Assembly: GCF_009914755.1 (NCBI RefSeq)
Contig: NC_060939.1
Strand: one strand, 5' to 3'
Origin: the human T2T-CHM13v2.0 reference genome, Homo sapiens
Length of the DNA stretch: 64,000 nucleotides
Below, piece after piece: positions 14,901-31,086 of this stretch (positions are counted from its first letter, which is position 1; each line of letters opens with the position of its first letter). Under the pieces are notes generated by a model. It was not told the origin of the DNA. It worked only from the letters and a program-made list of their open reading frames with translations, and did not search any database. The position numbers and the translations under genes are program-made.

Positions 14901-16381
14901 AGTAACATGAATGTATTGAATTACGTAAATCCCAAAACTTTTCATGCCACAATGGTATGGGAAGGTCGGTGACTGACTCACCTAAATAAAATGCAGTAAG
15001 TCAAAGTATATAGTTAGAGCAAAAGGAAAAAGATAAAAACATTTTAAAAACTAATTTATGGTTTTAATTCTCTATAATAAATCTTTTAAAAATTAATACA
15101 CAGTAGAAAATGGAGAAACAAAGTTAATAAATGCTTACAAAGATGGCTTATGTTATATTAAACATGAAAATGATATCAAAGCATAATTATGAAATCGTCA
15201 AAAATCACGTTTGTAGTACAAGTTTACAGCTAGTTTTAAACAAAGAATTTTGACCAATTACTTGCAGAAAGTAAACAAGAAAAAAAGCTTGACTTCTTTC
15301 TGACAGCACGGAAGTCCTTATAAAACAGAGCACTATGTCATTCGACTACCACCCCCCAGTTATCACAGTTCTTGGTATATAAATCACCTTCGAATAAGCA
15401 CAGGGTGTCTGAAATTTCCACTCTGCCCTAAGTAACACCATTCAAAATATCAATTGCTTCCAGCAATTCGAACAATGAAAATAACTTTAAATTGGAAAGA
15501 TTATCCCACTTTCATCTCCACATTAAAGTCCATCCATCATAAATTTAAGTAGAGTTATGGTGGGCAAGACGTAGCAAGAATGAAATAAAGTATTTTAACC
15601 ACAAGAGACCCAAACAGGACTTGGCAACGCTTCCTAACTGCACACGCTAGAAAGCCCTGCCCCCATGTGGCTGAAAGTCTTGCACAGCTGGCCAGCTTGC
15701 CCTGGGGCATAAGGGAGAAGGTTCATCCCCGAAATTGCCATGTTAAATGCCCACTTCTGGCTGTTGGAAGATTTAGGATACCATCTACTAAGCAGAAAGG
15801 ATACCTTTTTCCCAGGCTCAGTGTCTTGGACAATGTGAACACACAACTAATAACTGCTGGATTATGGAGACAACAGCTTGTGTCTGCATAATGCCTTATG
15901 TAAGGTTCCCTCCCACGGATGCAGCAAACACGGAACATTCAAGTTCTGAGATGATGCTGAGGCTCAATTTAAATGGCATCTTTCCTGCTCTCAACTCTAC
16001 TTTCCTGGTAATGCTTCATGACATACGATCTTTTAGTCATTATTCCTAAATAATAGTGCCCTGTCAGTACTGGGGGCAAAGGACGCATCTTGGCACTTGG
16101 AGCTTTTGCTATTCTCTCTCCACCTGGTACACACTCTGCAGTCTGTGACCCTCCATTTCCACCTCCAGCTGCCTGGAGTCTCTCTGCGAATGCTTCAATT
16201 CCCTCTGGTTCACAGCCCAAACCAGAGCCTACACCTGATTTACCATTAGCCATTTCCCAAGCCTGTACTCTGCTCCCCAACCCCTAGCACAGGCTCAGTG
16301 ACTCTGAAGGTGAAAGCTGGCAGCAATGCTGGTGAGTCATAAGAGAAGGCAAGGAAAAATACCACCCAGCTACACACCATG

Positions 16382-16746
16382 TGCTATGGTCAGAATGTCT
16401 GCATCCTCCAAAATTCATTTGTTGAAATCCTAACCACAAAAGTGATGGTATTAGGAGGTGGGGCCTTTGGGAGGTGATTAGGTGCTGGGCTGGAGCCCTC
16501 ATGAATGGGATTAGTGCCCTTACAAAAAAGGCCTAAGAGAGCTTGTTTGCCCTTTCACCATGTGAGGACTCAATGAGATGATGTCTGTCTACCAGGAAGT
16601 GGGCCTCCCCAGACACCAAATCTGCGATGGCCTGATCTTGGTCATCCCAGACTCCAGAACCATGAGAAATAAACTTCTGTTGTTTATAACCCCCCAACCC
16701 CCCAGTTTATGATATTATGTTATAGCAGGCAAAAAGCATTAAGACA
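16382..16746 (+). mobile_element. MLT1A-type MaLR solo LTR
   Basis: tgctatggtcagaatg...taagaca with perfect 5-bp TSD ccatg. Confidence 0.85.
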
Positions 16747-19700
16747 CCATGCACTTGAATAACAAACTCTGGAAATAGAGCCACTGTCAAGCCTATTAGT
16801 GACTCTCATTGTGAGACTTCCAGAATAAGCAGGCCGTAAGATATTCTGGCGGAAGACTGGGTGGGGTTTATGACAGCATCCAAGTCAGGTTCGGAGGAAT
16901 GGGCCTTCCTCTAACCTACAAAGTCATAACTAGAAAGAACTTAACTATAGCATTCACTTCTCCACCTGCCATAGGAAAGAAAAGAGTAAATCATAGGGGA
17001 GACAAAGTGATTCCTTTCCTCTTGGTTTATAAAGCCTGCCCAGAGCCAGCACACAGAGCGTGTGCCCATGTCACAGGTGGCCCTCCCCTTCTGCACCAGG
17101 TACACAGTCAGGCCTCACGAAACATTAGCTACTACAAAATGTAGGACTTACCCAAAAAAGAACATGTGTAGAGATAGAAAACAACATATTCTGAAATGTC
17201 CATTTTTCATTCTAATGCTCAGCAGTCATATAATAACCAGATGAACTAAGCTGCTTTCATTTAGACTTTTGGGAACAGAATGGTATCTGTTTCAAGACAA
17301 ATACAACCAATTTTCTATCTATACTTGAAATTACGTGTGTGTGCATACAGACAGATTCACTATGTTATTTATATGTTCCTCAGGGATGATTTACTGTTCC
17401 ATAACAAACGTGGTGATCAAATGATTCTAATCACTGACTGAAAAGTAATGAAATAATCTAAGATCATCTCTGAAAAGCTGAAGCAGATCCATATTAGATA
17501 AAAAAGAATGACTTCCATAAATCGACTCATTCAACACACAGGAAAGCATTCTATCTTTATATTTCTGTATTTTTCAACCTCCTCTGGCCTGCTTGCCACC
17601 CCACTGCCCATGGCCTATGTCACCAATCACCTCCAAGTGACCCCCACCCTCGCCCCTGCCCCGATGACCACCATAACCACAGCACCCAGAGATGAGTCCA
17701 CTGCACTGTGCCACTTTCACAGATGGGGGAGGAAGAGAGCTGTAACTGTCAGAAATACATGAAAACTGTCAAAAATACATGCCATCAGCTCTGGAGATTT
17801 TGAAGCACTGATGTCTCTCTGTTCTGTGAATGTATTAAAAAAAAATTACATTATCCCTCCTTTCAAGGTTAGCAAAAATAAAAGATGAACTCTACTTCCA
17901 CCTCTGCAAATGACCTCCTACGACCGCAGGCAGGCCCACGCTGCCTTTGCCTTCCCCACCTGCTTGAGGCCACACACATCTCCGTGGACCACTCCTCCCT
18001 TCCAGAAACTCCCCTGTTCGCTTCTTCAGCCTCTACCCAGGAGTTTCCTTTGCTGGCCCCTCGCCTTCTGACTGCCTACGCACTAGTGAGGTTCCCTGGC
18101 CCTGCCTTAGTCCTCTCTCTGTTCACAAAACCATCCTAGCAGTAAAATCCTTTTTCCCAAATAAAATGGTCTGTGCTCCTCACCCTCCAGTAGAACAGAT
18201 AAAAGCAGAGCTACTCTGGCTGAAGGGGGGAAGGAGGCTTGAGGCCACCCTCATGGGGCATCTCTACAGACCTCTAGGGTTGGGAACCACCAGCAGTTTC
18301 CTTCAACCAGCTGGTGTGAGCTCCATCTCCGGTCCCCCCTCTGCCCCCTCAACACCTCCCCACTTTTTGCCCAACAAAGTCATATGAGTCCTTCCAGATC
18401 CAGTTTCCCAGCCACCTTGTTTGTGATTCTTTATGTACAAAGTAGCTTTGAGCACTTCGTTATCCCCCAAGGCACTCTGCACCGCCTCCACCATTGTACA
18501 CGTATCACGTGTTTGTTTACATTTTTGCCGGCTCCACTAGATTGTGACCATTTTAAAGGCAGACAAGATGATGACAATGGCGTGCATGCGTGTATGTGTT
18601 TGCATGTGATGGGACAGGGGAGTCTCAGATGAACCTAAAGTTAGGCTTAAACTGCTCTGGGTGTGAGGCTGGTGCACTGGTCTGCATGAAGAGGCCGTGA
18701 GGAGGGAAGCGACTGGAGAAATGGGGAGGAGAGGTGGCTGCGGTCTCCATGCCCGCCCACCAGAGCTGCGTCTCAGCCCTAGACAGAGAGGGTCAAGCAA
18801 AATCCAGGAACTGCTTTCATGAGAGACTTCACAAAATATTTGTTAAACCAGAATACTGAACGCATAATATTCTCTTCTTTGAAATAACATTTTCTCTATT
18901 CTTTTCATTAAGACCCAAATTTCTAAAAGGCCTATATTTTCTTCTCAGTTCTGATGAATAAAATTCTGCCTAAAGTCAGAGTCAATAAGCTCCCGAACTA
19001 GCAGTTGCTAATGAAAAGAAACTCTGAAGAGATGAGAGATGATGGCACAGGTCAACTGGAATGGAGACAAAATACTGAGCTGCAAAACCGATCCAGAAAG
19101 CCCACTAGGTGGAGATGAAGGCCGGTACCACTCACAAGAATGGAGTCTTTGCAGCCTTTGTACTTACAACCATTTTTTAAAACAAGAGTTCTTGCAAGGT
19201 TGTCTAGAAGACTCCTTTAGAAATATCTGAACATTCACAGTTTAATCAAGAAAGTATCCATTAAGGGCAAAAATCTCCTACCAATTAGTTGTCAATTGGC
19301 AAACTGCATTCAGACTGGCCTCTGGAACTCCCAAAGTTATAAAAATAGCTGGATTCCTTTTTCTGCAAAAGAGCCTCAAGTCTCTCTGACTCCTCTCCGT
19401 TTGGAAGATTAATAACGGTGATAATTCTGGAAGACTCCTTTACCACACAGCGGTGCGTACCTCCGCAGAGGGCTGGCAGTGGGCCACAGCACACTCTGAT
19501 GTCCCGTGCAGTTCACTGACACCCAGGTTAGCAACACAGGCTGTATGCTCAGTGAACTGGGGCTGGCAAGGGCAGGCCCGGGGGGACCTGCAAGGGAGGG
19601 GACTTGTTCATAAGCACCTATAAGAACCAACTCCCAAGTCATTTTTCTTTTCTTCCTTTTTTTTAAGTGAATACTCTCTGTATTTTGGTTAATCAACAAT

Positions 19701-20111
19701 CTTTAGCACCCATTATGGACAAAACAATATGCTGCACACATACCAAGGATACAAGAAGGAACAAACTACCCTGGCCTGTGCTCTGATGGAGCGCACTTTC
19801 TCCTGGAGACAGATGAAAGAATAAATAAAATAACTGCAAGCTGTGATAAGACACTGGTGAAACCAAGACCACCAGCTCACCAAGTAACACTAGAAGATCG
19901 CCACAAGGGATTTTATATGTGTAAGAGAGAGAGCGGGTGGGCATCCTCTTTTGACATAAAAGATGATGGAGAAGGTCTTTTTTAAAACATGCATTCAGTC
20001 AAATCCATGAATTTAGCTAATCCTTCTTTCCCTAAGTGTGCAATTAGGGAAAACCTAATGACTACTTTACAAGTTATAGTTTTGGCTTCTTTTGCTATTT
20101 ATTAAAAACAC

Positions 20112-20417
20112 AGCCAGGCACAGTGGCTCACGCCTGTAATCCCAGCACTTTGGGAGGCCGAGGCGGGTGGATCATGAGGTCAGGAGTTTGAGACTAGCCT
20201 GGCCAACATGGTGAAACCTCGTCTCTACTGAAAACACAAAAATTAGCTGGGCATGGTGGCGTGCGCCTGTAATCTCAGCTACTCAGGAGGCTGAGGCAGG
20301 AGAATTGCTGGAACTGGGAGGTGGATGTTGCAGTGAGCTGAGATTGTGCCACTGCATTCCAGCCCAGGCTGACAACAGTGAGACTCCATCTCAAAAAAAA
20401 AAAAAAAAAAAAAAAAA
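20112..20417 (+). mobile_element. AluS
   Basis: Full dimer with long A-tail. Confidence 0.92.
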
Positions 20418-20430
20418 GGCAATATTTTCA

Positions 20431-20720
20431 GGCCAAGCATGGTGGCTTATGCCTGTAATCCTAGCACTTTGGGAGGCCAAGGTGGGCAGATCATCTGAGG
20501 TCAGGAGTTTGAGACCAGCCTGGCCAAAATGGTGAAACCCCGTCTCTACTAAAAATACAAAAATTAGCTGGGTATGGTGGCGCGCGCCTGTAGTCCTAGC
20601 TACTCAGGAGGCTGAGGGAGGAGAATTGCTTGAACCCAGCAGGCAGAGGTTGCAGTGAGCCAAGATTGTGCCACTGCACTCCAGCCTAGGTGACGGAGCG
20701 AGACTCCATCTAAAACAAAA
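20431..20720 (+). mobile_element. AluSx-like
   Basis: Full dimer directly after the previous Alu. Confidence 0.92.
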
Positions 20721-20798
20721 CACACACACAAAACTAAATAAGACTAAACAAAAATTTTCTACCTGTTAAGGTACTTAAAGGAAATATTTTGTATGTAA

Positions 20799-21159
<361 letters not shown>

Positions 21160-22399
21160 TTGACTTTTTAGTATCACAATTTTGACCTAGTGAATACTGT
21201 GACCAGCTTTTGTTGGTGGGGGGACGGGGACGGGGGCACCAAGGAATTTATGACCCTATGTTTATAAATACAGATATCTGAATTGGAATTACACCAACAC
21301 TGGCAACATCTTATTGACAAAATATTTTAATTTCATAAAGCCAATATAATCCCTTGTTCAATTTTCTCTAAAGTACACGAAACAGCTAATTTTTTCCTTC
21401 TTCAACTGATCTTTTCCTGCAATTATTTTCACTGAGATAAGGCTTTTCTAAGTAAATTTTAAATCAATCGGATTTTACCTACTTCAAATATTTACCAATT
21501 ATAGCTTCTGTCATTATGAATTCTCTCTACTGGCAACTGCTTTTTGTTTATTTTATAAAGTCCAATAACCTGGATCAAAGTCTGAAGATTTTAAATCTGT
21601 CATGAATATTTCATTCTTTTGTTGATCTGAATTCAAAAACAAATTTTACTGTATTAAATATCAGCAAATGTCAATTTTAATTTTACTTCTTCTGTCAGCT
21701 TTTCAACTGTATGAGGTTTGACTATGCCACTTAACCCAGTGTCTGTCTTGTTTTATGTTGACTATTTCTACCAGGAATTGTCATTATGAAATATTCTACA
21801 GGACTGGTCTACTTTAATAAAAATCCAACCCTCCCACATACTTGTACACTTGTGATCACTTGGGATCTCATACTAACCTTCCTCACTGGTGAGTAACTCC
21901 CCTCTGGTGTTTCAAGTATATGGTCACGGAGACAAGGGCCAGGTCAAAATGTCCCCAAGACCAAAAGGTCTAGGCCCTAACACTGGAGCCAAATGTTCAG
22001 TGCATGTGTAGACAACGTGTAGCACAAGTATGTGCCTAAGTAGGAATTATGTTAGCTAGGAGAATCTGGAAAAAGTAAGAACTTTTATTCTAAGAATCAC
22101 CAGCTGATATTCTTTTCACTAATTTCCAAAGAGAAAGACATAGCCAAGTCAGTTGGTGAGATTTCAACAAGTACTTATCGAGAAGCTGAAACTGCCCTAC
22201 AAACTTCATTACTTCAAACCATTCCATTTGAGATAAGAGCTCCTCTACTCTCTCTCACTAAAACCTCACTTGCCAAGAATTCCCCCAAAGCCACATGGAG
22301 GCCCATGGCAGCACGAAACCCAATGCCCAGGATACTGGGCACTGGTGGGCAGAGGAGGATCAGTGTGCTTGGGAGACTACTTACACTGAGCCAAGAGTA

Positions 22400-22541
22400 A
22401 GTTTGACAGCAACAAATGAAGGGATGAGGACAGGGAAAGCTAGGTTTCTCACTACTGGAACACAGAAAGGGAGGAAAGCTAGAAAGAACTATGAGGCAAG
22501 GAACGGAAATAGGAGTACCAGTGAGAACTTAAGGCTATTAA

Positions 22542-22572
<31 letters not shown>

Positions 22573-23430
22573 CACAGAAGGACACAGGTTACAGATGATA
22601 ATGTATATGTGCTTGCATGTTCATTTATATTCACTGTATCTTTTCTGCTGTCTGCTGAGAGGGCCTGGAAGAAATGTACAGTACATCAAAGAAATAAGCA
22701 CACTGAACCCCCTACATCACGGTTTCTAAATACTCCATCAAAGGGAACCAGAGCCTCCTTGAAGAAAAGGCTTATTCCAGGACTGGGGCAACAAAAGTAT
22801 AAACTAAACCTGGAACACAATATGCAGAAAACAAGGAAGTGTTCAAAGATTGAAAGGGACATGTCACAACATCAGGAGAGCCAGGCTGAAGGAGCTCCCA
22901 CTGTCTAAATCACAGGTCTCCACGAGTTGACACTGTTACAAAGAAATGAATGACAATGCAAATTAATAGACAAGAGAAAGCTTTTTACTACAGTGGAATG
23001 CCAACTAATAAATGCAGAATGAATGAAAGGAATATGAAATCACTATTTGGCAATCAGCATAGACGTGGCTGATTTGGGCAGGAGTCATCCGTGGAGGCCA
23101 GGGCTAGTGGATGAAAGTCTGATGAGAGACACTGGTGTAATCTTGAAACATCTCACCACAAAATACTAATGAATTACCAAGAGGACCACATGGTGAATTA
23201 AGTGTGAGAGAATCTGGCAGACGCAACATGCCCAGGCCAGCAAGGTTAACCTCAGGGCATGCGCCCTGATGCGAGGCTCTGAGAAGCACAGCATCATTTC
23301 CGTGGTATTTCTTCCCAGGATGCATGGCCTGAATCTGCTCATGAAGAAACACTCGATGGACCCAGGCTGAAAATTCTTTAAATTTGTCAAGGCCATGAAG
23401 GACAGGGAAAGGCCGATTTCTGTTTCCATT
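22400..23430 (+). mobile_element. L1MD/MC-type 3' UTR relic with (CA)n
   Basis: Motifs aagggaaccagagc...ttccaggactggggca and tacagtggaatgccaactaataaatg. Confidence 0.65.
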
Positions 23431-24249
23431 TTCAGTGCCCCTTTCATGGCCTAACTGCCAGCAAGGCCATTTATTCACTTAATCATATCTATTCATTCAT
23501 TTGACAAATATTTATACTGAGCTGCACCAAACCCTTAACATTATGCCAGGTATTATAAAGCAATCTAATTTTATGGCACATAAGCTGTCAGAAATTGGGG
23601 AAGCAATATGAACACACAAATTCTAACATAAGGGATCCTGTAAGGTTGCACAGTAAAACAAGACTTCCTGAATGAGGGATAATTCGGGGAGCAATTTGTC
23701 CTAGATAGACAAGTTTTCATAAGTCTAACTAAAAATGCTACTGCAGGCACTAAATCTTTTTGTATTTTAACCATTTGGCTGCATTTTTTTGTTGTTCTAA
23801 AATATATTACTCACTTTCCTGCCTTCGTAAACTGAACACAATGTGGTCATTATTTTATGCAAATTTTAGTTGTATAAATCTAAATCATGCAACATAAAAT
23901 ATTAATAAAGTCTCACTTCATGAACACACCTGAAATTATGCAAATGTCCCAAATTAAAACTAAGCACCTAGAATTACATAATTTTAAACTGGCAGGCTGA
24001 GTGAATTAACCTGTGTGTCTATTACTGGTCCATGGCAAACCGATTTATCTGAAAACAGAAATAAGCCACCATACTTGTAGCTTATTGAGAGTCCTATGGG
24101 AAAAATAGTCTCAGAATCATAGGAATTTTGAATTATGCAGACACCTCAGATACGTATCTCTGAAAATGCCATGACAGCAACTATAATTTAACCTATTTAT
24201 GAGTTGGCTTCTACTGTGGCATTAATTTTCTGGTCTGTGAGTTAAAGAC

Positions 24250-25585
<1,336 letters not shown>

Positions 25586-25649
25586 ACATTTCAACGACCT
25601 CAGAACGTGAAAGACTCAGCCCACTGTAAGAAGAGAAGAAGGCTCAATC

Positions 25650-28157
25650 ACTCTCTACCTCCACATCTACTACTAATAACACCTCCACCACCACCTCCTC
25701 CTCTTCCAACTCCACCACCACCACCCCCTCCACCACCTCTACCATCACAACCTACTCCTTCACCACCACCTCCACCACTTCTACCCTCACAAACACCCAC
25801 CACCATCACCTCCGCCACCTCCACCACCACCTCTACCACCACAACCTACTCCTTCACCACCACCTCCACCACTTCCACCTCTACAACCACCACCTCCACC
25901 TCCACCTTCACCACCTCCACTACTACCTCCACCACCACCACCTCCATCACCTCCACCACCAGCACCTCCACCACCACCACCTCCACTTTCACCACCACTA
26001 CCTCCACCTTCACCACCACCTCCACCACCACCACCTCCATCACCTCCACCGCCATCACCTCCACCACCACCACCTCCACTTTCACCACCACTACCTCCAC
26101 CACCTCCACCACCACCACCTCCACCACAACCATCTTCACCACTGCTACCTCCACCACCACCACCTCCACAACCACCACCTCTACCTCCACAACCACCACC
26201 TCCACCTCCACCTTCACCACCACTTCCACCACCACCACCTCCACAACCACCACCTCCACCTCCACAACCACCACCTCCACCTCCACCACCACCACCTCCA
26301 CCACCACCACCTCCACAACCACCACCTCCACTTCCACAACCACCACCTCCACCTCCACAACCACCACCTTCACCACCACCACCTCCACCTCCACCACCTC
26401 CACCACCACCACCTCCACCTCCACAACCACCACCTCCACCTTCACCACCACCTCCACCACCACCACCTCCATCACCTCCACCGCCATCACCTCCACCACC
26501 ACCACCTCCACTTTCACCACCACTACCTCCACCACCTCCACCACCACCACCTCCACCACAACCATCTTCACCACTGCTACCTCCACCACCACCACCTCCA
26601 CAACCACCACCTCTACCTCCACAACCACCACCTCCACCTCCACCTTCACCACCACTTCCACCACCACCTCCACCTCCACAACCACCACCTCCACCTCCAC
26701 CTTCACCACCACCTCCACCTCCACCACCACCACCTCCACCACCACCACCTCCACCTCCACCACCTCCACCACCACCACCTCCACCTCCACAACCACCACC
26801 TTCACCACCACCACCTCCACCTCCACCACCTCCACCACCACCACCTCCACCTCCACAACCACCACCTCCACCTTCACCACCACCTCCACCACCACCACCT
26901 CCATCACCTCCACCGCCATCACCTCCACCACCACCACCTCCACTTTCACCACCACTACCTCCACCACCTCCACCACCACCACCTCCACCACAACCATCTT
27001 CACCACTGCTACCTCCACCACCACCACCTCCACAACCACCACCTCTACCTCCACAACCACCACCTCCACCTCCACCTTCACCACCACTTCCACCACCACC
27101 ACCTCCACAACCACCACCTCCACCTCCACAACCACCACCTCCACCTCCACCACCACCACCTCCACCACCACCACCTCCACAACCACCACCTCCACTTCCA
27201 CAACCACCACCTCCACCTCCACAACCACCACCTCCACCTTCACCACCACCACCTCCACCTCCACCACCTCCACCACCACCACCTCCACCTCCACAACCAC
27301 CACCTCCACCTTCACCACCACCTCCACCACCACCACCTCCATCACCTCCACCGCCATCACCTCCACCACCACCACCTCCACTTTCACCACCACTACCTCC
27401 ACCACCTCCACCACCACCACCTCCACCACAACCATCTTCACCACTGCTACCTCCACCACCACCACCTCCACAACCACCACCTCCACAACCACCACCTCCA
27501 CCTCCACAACCACCACCTCCACCTCCACAACCACCACCTCCACCTCCACCTTCACCACCACCACCACCTCCACAACCACCACCACCACCTCCACCACAAC
27601 CATCTTCACCACCACCTCCACCACCACCACCTCCACAACCACCACCTCCACCTCCACCTTCACCACCACCTCCACCACCACCACCTCCACCACCACCACC
27701 TCCACCACAACCATCTTCACCACCACCTCCACCACCACCACCTCCACAACCACCACCTCCACCACCACCACAACCACCACCTCCACCACCACCACAACCA
27801 CTACCTCCACCTCCACCACCACCACCACTTCCATCTCCACCTTTACCACCGCTACCTCCACCACCACCACCTCCTTCACTACCACCTCTATGACCACCAC
27901 CTCCACTTCCACCTTCACCACCGCTACCTCCACCACCACCACCTCCTTCACCACCACTTCCTGTGCCACCACCACCACCTCCATTACCACTACTACCACC
28001 ACCTCTACCTCCACCACCATAACCACCACCACTTCTACCACCATAAGTACACCATCATCACCACCACCTCCTCTTCCACCACCAACTCCACCTCCACCAT
28101 GACCTCCACCTCCACCACTACCACTACTTCTACCACCATAACCACTCAATCATCACC
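25650..28157. repeat. ~2.5-kb (CCA/CCT)n degenerate trinucleotide array / VNTR with higher-order units
   Basis: Almost G-free plus strand made of acc/tcc/aca triplets. Landmark gccatcacc at 26051, 26483, 26915 and 27353. Confidence 0.97.
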
Positions 28158-28499
28158 GTGTGCCCAGAGCAGAGGAGCCCACGATGCTCCCTGCAGTTTC
28201 TTCCAGGCTCTCGTACTGGTGATGGGAGAACTGGTGATAAGAGTGGGAGTGAGAACGGGGGAAGGGGCCAGTCCCTTCCACAGAACTGGGAAGCCCAGAA
28301 GTGGTGTCCATGTCCCTCCATGGACTTTCTTTCTACCGTGTTCTCACCATTTCATGCCCAGCTCCCTTCTCACCAGCCAGGCGCCCATGGTGGAGAAAAA
28401 CTTAGGATGTGTTTAAAGTCAAAAGGCAGTTTTGTGTCAAAACAGGTCCCTGAGGCCTCTCAGGGTCCCACCAGTCTCATAGTAGGAAGTCTCGAGGTT

Positions 28500-28640
28500 A
28501 CATTCTGTAACCCCATATCCTTATCTGTAAAATGAGGCTGATGGTAATAGCTGTATCTATTTGACAAAGTTGTTATGAGGAGGAAATAGCTAATGTAATT
28601 AAAGTGCCTAGAACAGTGCGTGGCATTTAGTGAGTGCCAC
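28500..28640 (+). mobile_element. MIR
   Basis: MIR core (ccttatctgtaaaatgagg...aaagtgcctagaacagtg). Confidence 0.7.
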
Positions 28641-28776
28641 ACATAGAATCATTTGTTAAATAAGTTAAATTGATCAATTACATGCATCAATTACATCAAT
28701 TACATGAGGGGTTGAGGGAGGAGGAGAAATTTTTCATCTTCGATATCTTCACAGGGTTACAGATATTTCCTGTTAG

Positions 28777-29196
<420 letters not shown>

Positions 29197-30735
29197 TGAT
29201 TTATTAACCCAAAAATGTACTCAAATGTAACATTCCAAATAATATCTTCTCACATATTTCCCCCTCTAATGACAAAAACTCCTCTAAAGTTTTTGAAACA
29301 TGTATCCCTTTTGCCTAATGATTATCAGTGATGACTGAATCCCCTGTCACTCAAGGTTAAGGGAACATCACCATAAACTGTTAATTGGATCATTGTTTCT
29401 ATTCACTGCACAAAACTTTTTGTAGTATTTTTCTGTTGGCAGAGAGATAAGCAGCAATCTAGATTTACACCCACAAAGCAGGAAATAAACTGCCTAAGTT
29501 TATGTTCTAGAATACCTTCCTCCCAAACAGAATGAACTTCACCCAACTGGCTCCATTCCCCTATTTTAGGAAGGAGGTTTAATAAAAGAAGCTGCAAAAT
29601 TTCAAGCAATTTGTTAAATTTTTAAATTATCACTTAAACTTCTTTGACTATACACTTAGAATCCAACACCAGAGTGAAATGGAACAGCTAGGAATGTAAA
29701 CATCATTCACTAAATCTAAAGACAAAAGGTCACTTTTCTTTTTCATATTGATTGTTATATGTCTATCACCCCCAGGGGGAAAAAAAAGAACCTGCCATCT
29801 GGTTTATGTACCATTTTACTCATTACAACATTGAAGAAGGGCTCAGGTTTTCTAGGCAAAACACATACACAGAACAGAATTGTTGAGTCCAGGCTATGCC
29901 TAAGAGAATTTTACCAAGCATCTCTGGGACACTGCCTCAAGGAACCAGGGAGACTGGATGGATTCCAATCCCTGTCAGTAAACTAGGATGCCAATCAATT
30001 ATCCTGCAGGGTTACAAAATGAACTAGAATGCCCATCCCATTTAATCCCCACAGAGAAAGCTGAAACAATCACTTCTCCCCAGGAGTGAAATGGCATCAT
30101 TCTGATGATGCCCGGGACCAAAGCCAACAGGCTCAGCTGGAACCTGAGGCCTCTCAGCCAGAAACTGGGACCAGGAAACTACAGCAAGTGGATCTCTTGC
30201 TCCACTTGCTATGTTTTTCTAAAAGCAATAAAAGTTGTATTTTTCCTTAGACAAATTTGGAAAAATTAAAAGTAAAATATAAAAATAAAAATAGAAATAT
30301 TATTCTGTTAGTTATACAAATTTGATATGTATATATGCCAGGAGATTATTAACTAAGTCTAAGCTTTCCTATTTCAAGGTTCTGTATTTACTTTGGCAGT
30401 CATAGGGAGTCATACATTTAATCAGAATTTTTAAATAAATTTGTAAAATAGTGTGTAAAGTTTTCAGAGTTGTTTGAACTGTAAGAACATTTACAAAGTG
30501 GTATCTATGGTGGCTAAGGTACTTCCTAAAGGAAATAAAGATTTCTATTCCTATGTAATTAGAAGTCATTACAGATCCTTTACCAAATACCTTCCCTTCA
30601 GACTTCTGTGGCTAAGGTTTTAAATTGGTTCTACATGATTATATTACAAAGTCAACTTCCTTAGAAAAACAATTCTGAATACCTTTCATCTTCTAAGAAA
30701 CCCTTTTCGAATCCATGTTTTTTTCAAATGTGTAG

Positions 30736-31086
<351 letters not shown>

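Noticed and set aside
17744-17781. 20-bp tandem duplication (similar micro-duplications at ~478-520 and ~28673-28706)
   Set aside because: Ordinary slippage duplications with no sign of function.
21290-21800. AT-rich segment resembling a decayed hAT transposase
   Set aside because: No TIRs or recognisable motif that I can support without a Dfam search.
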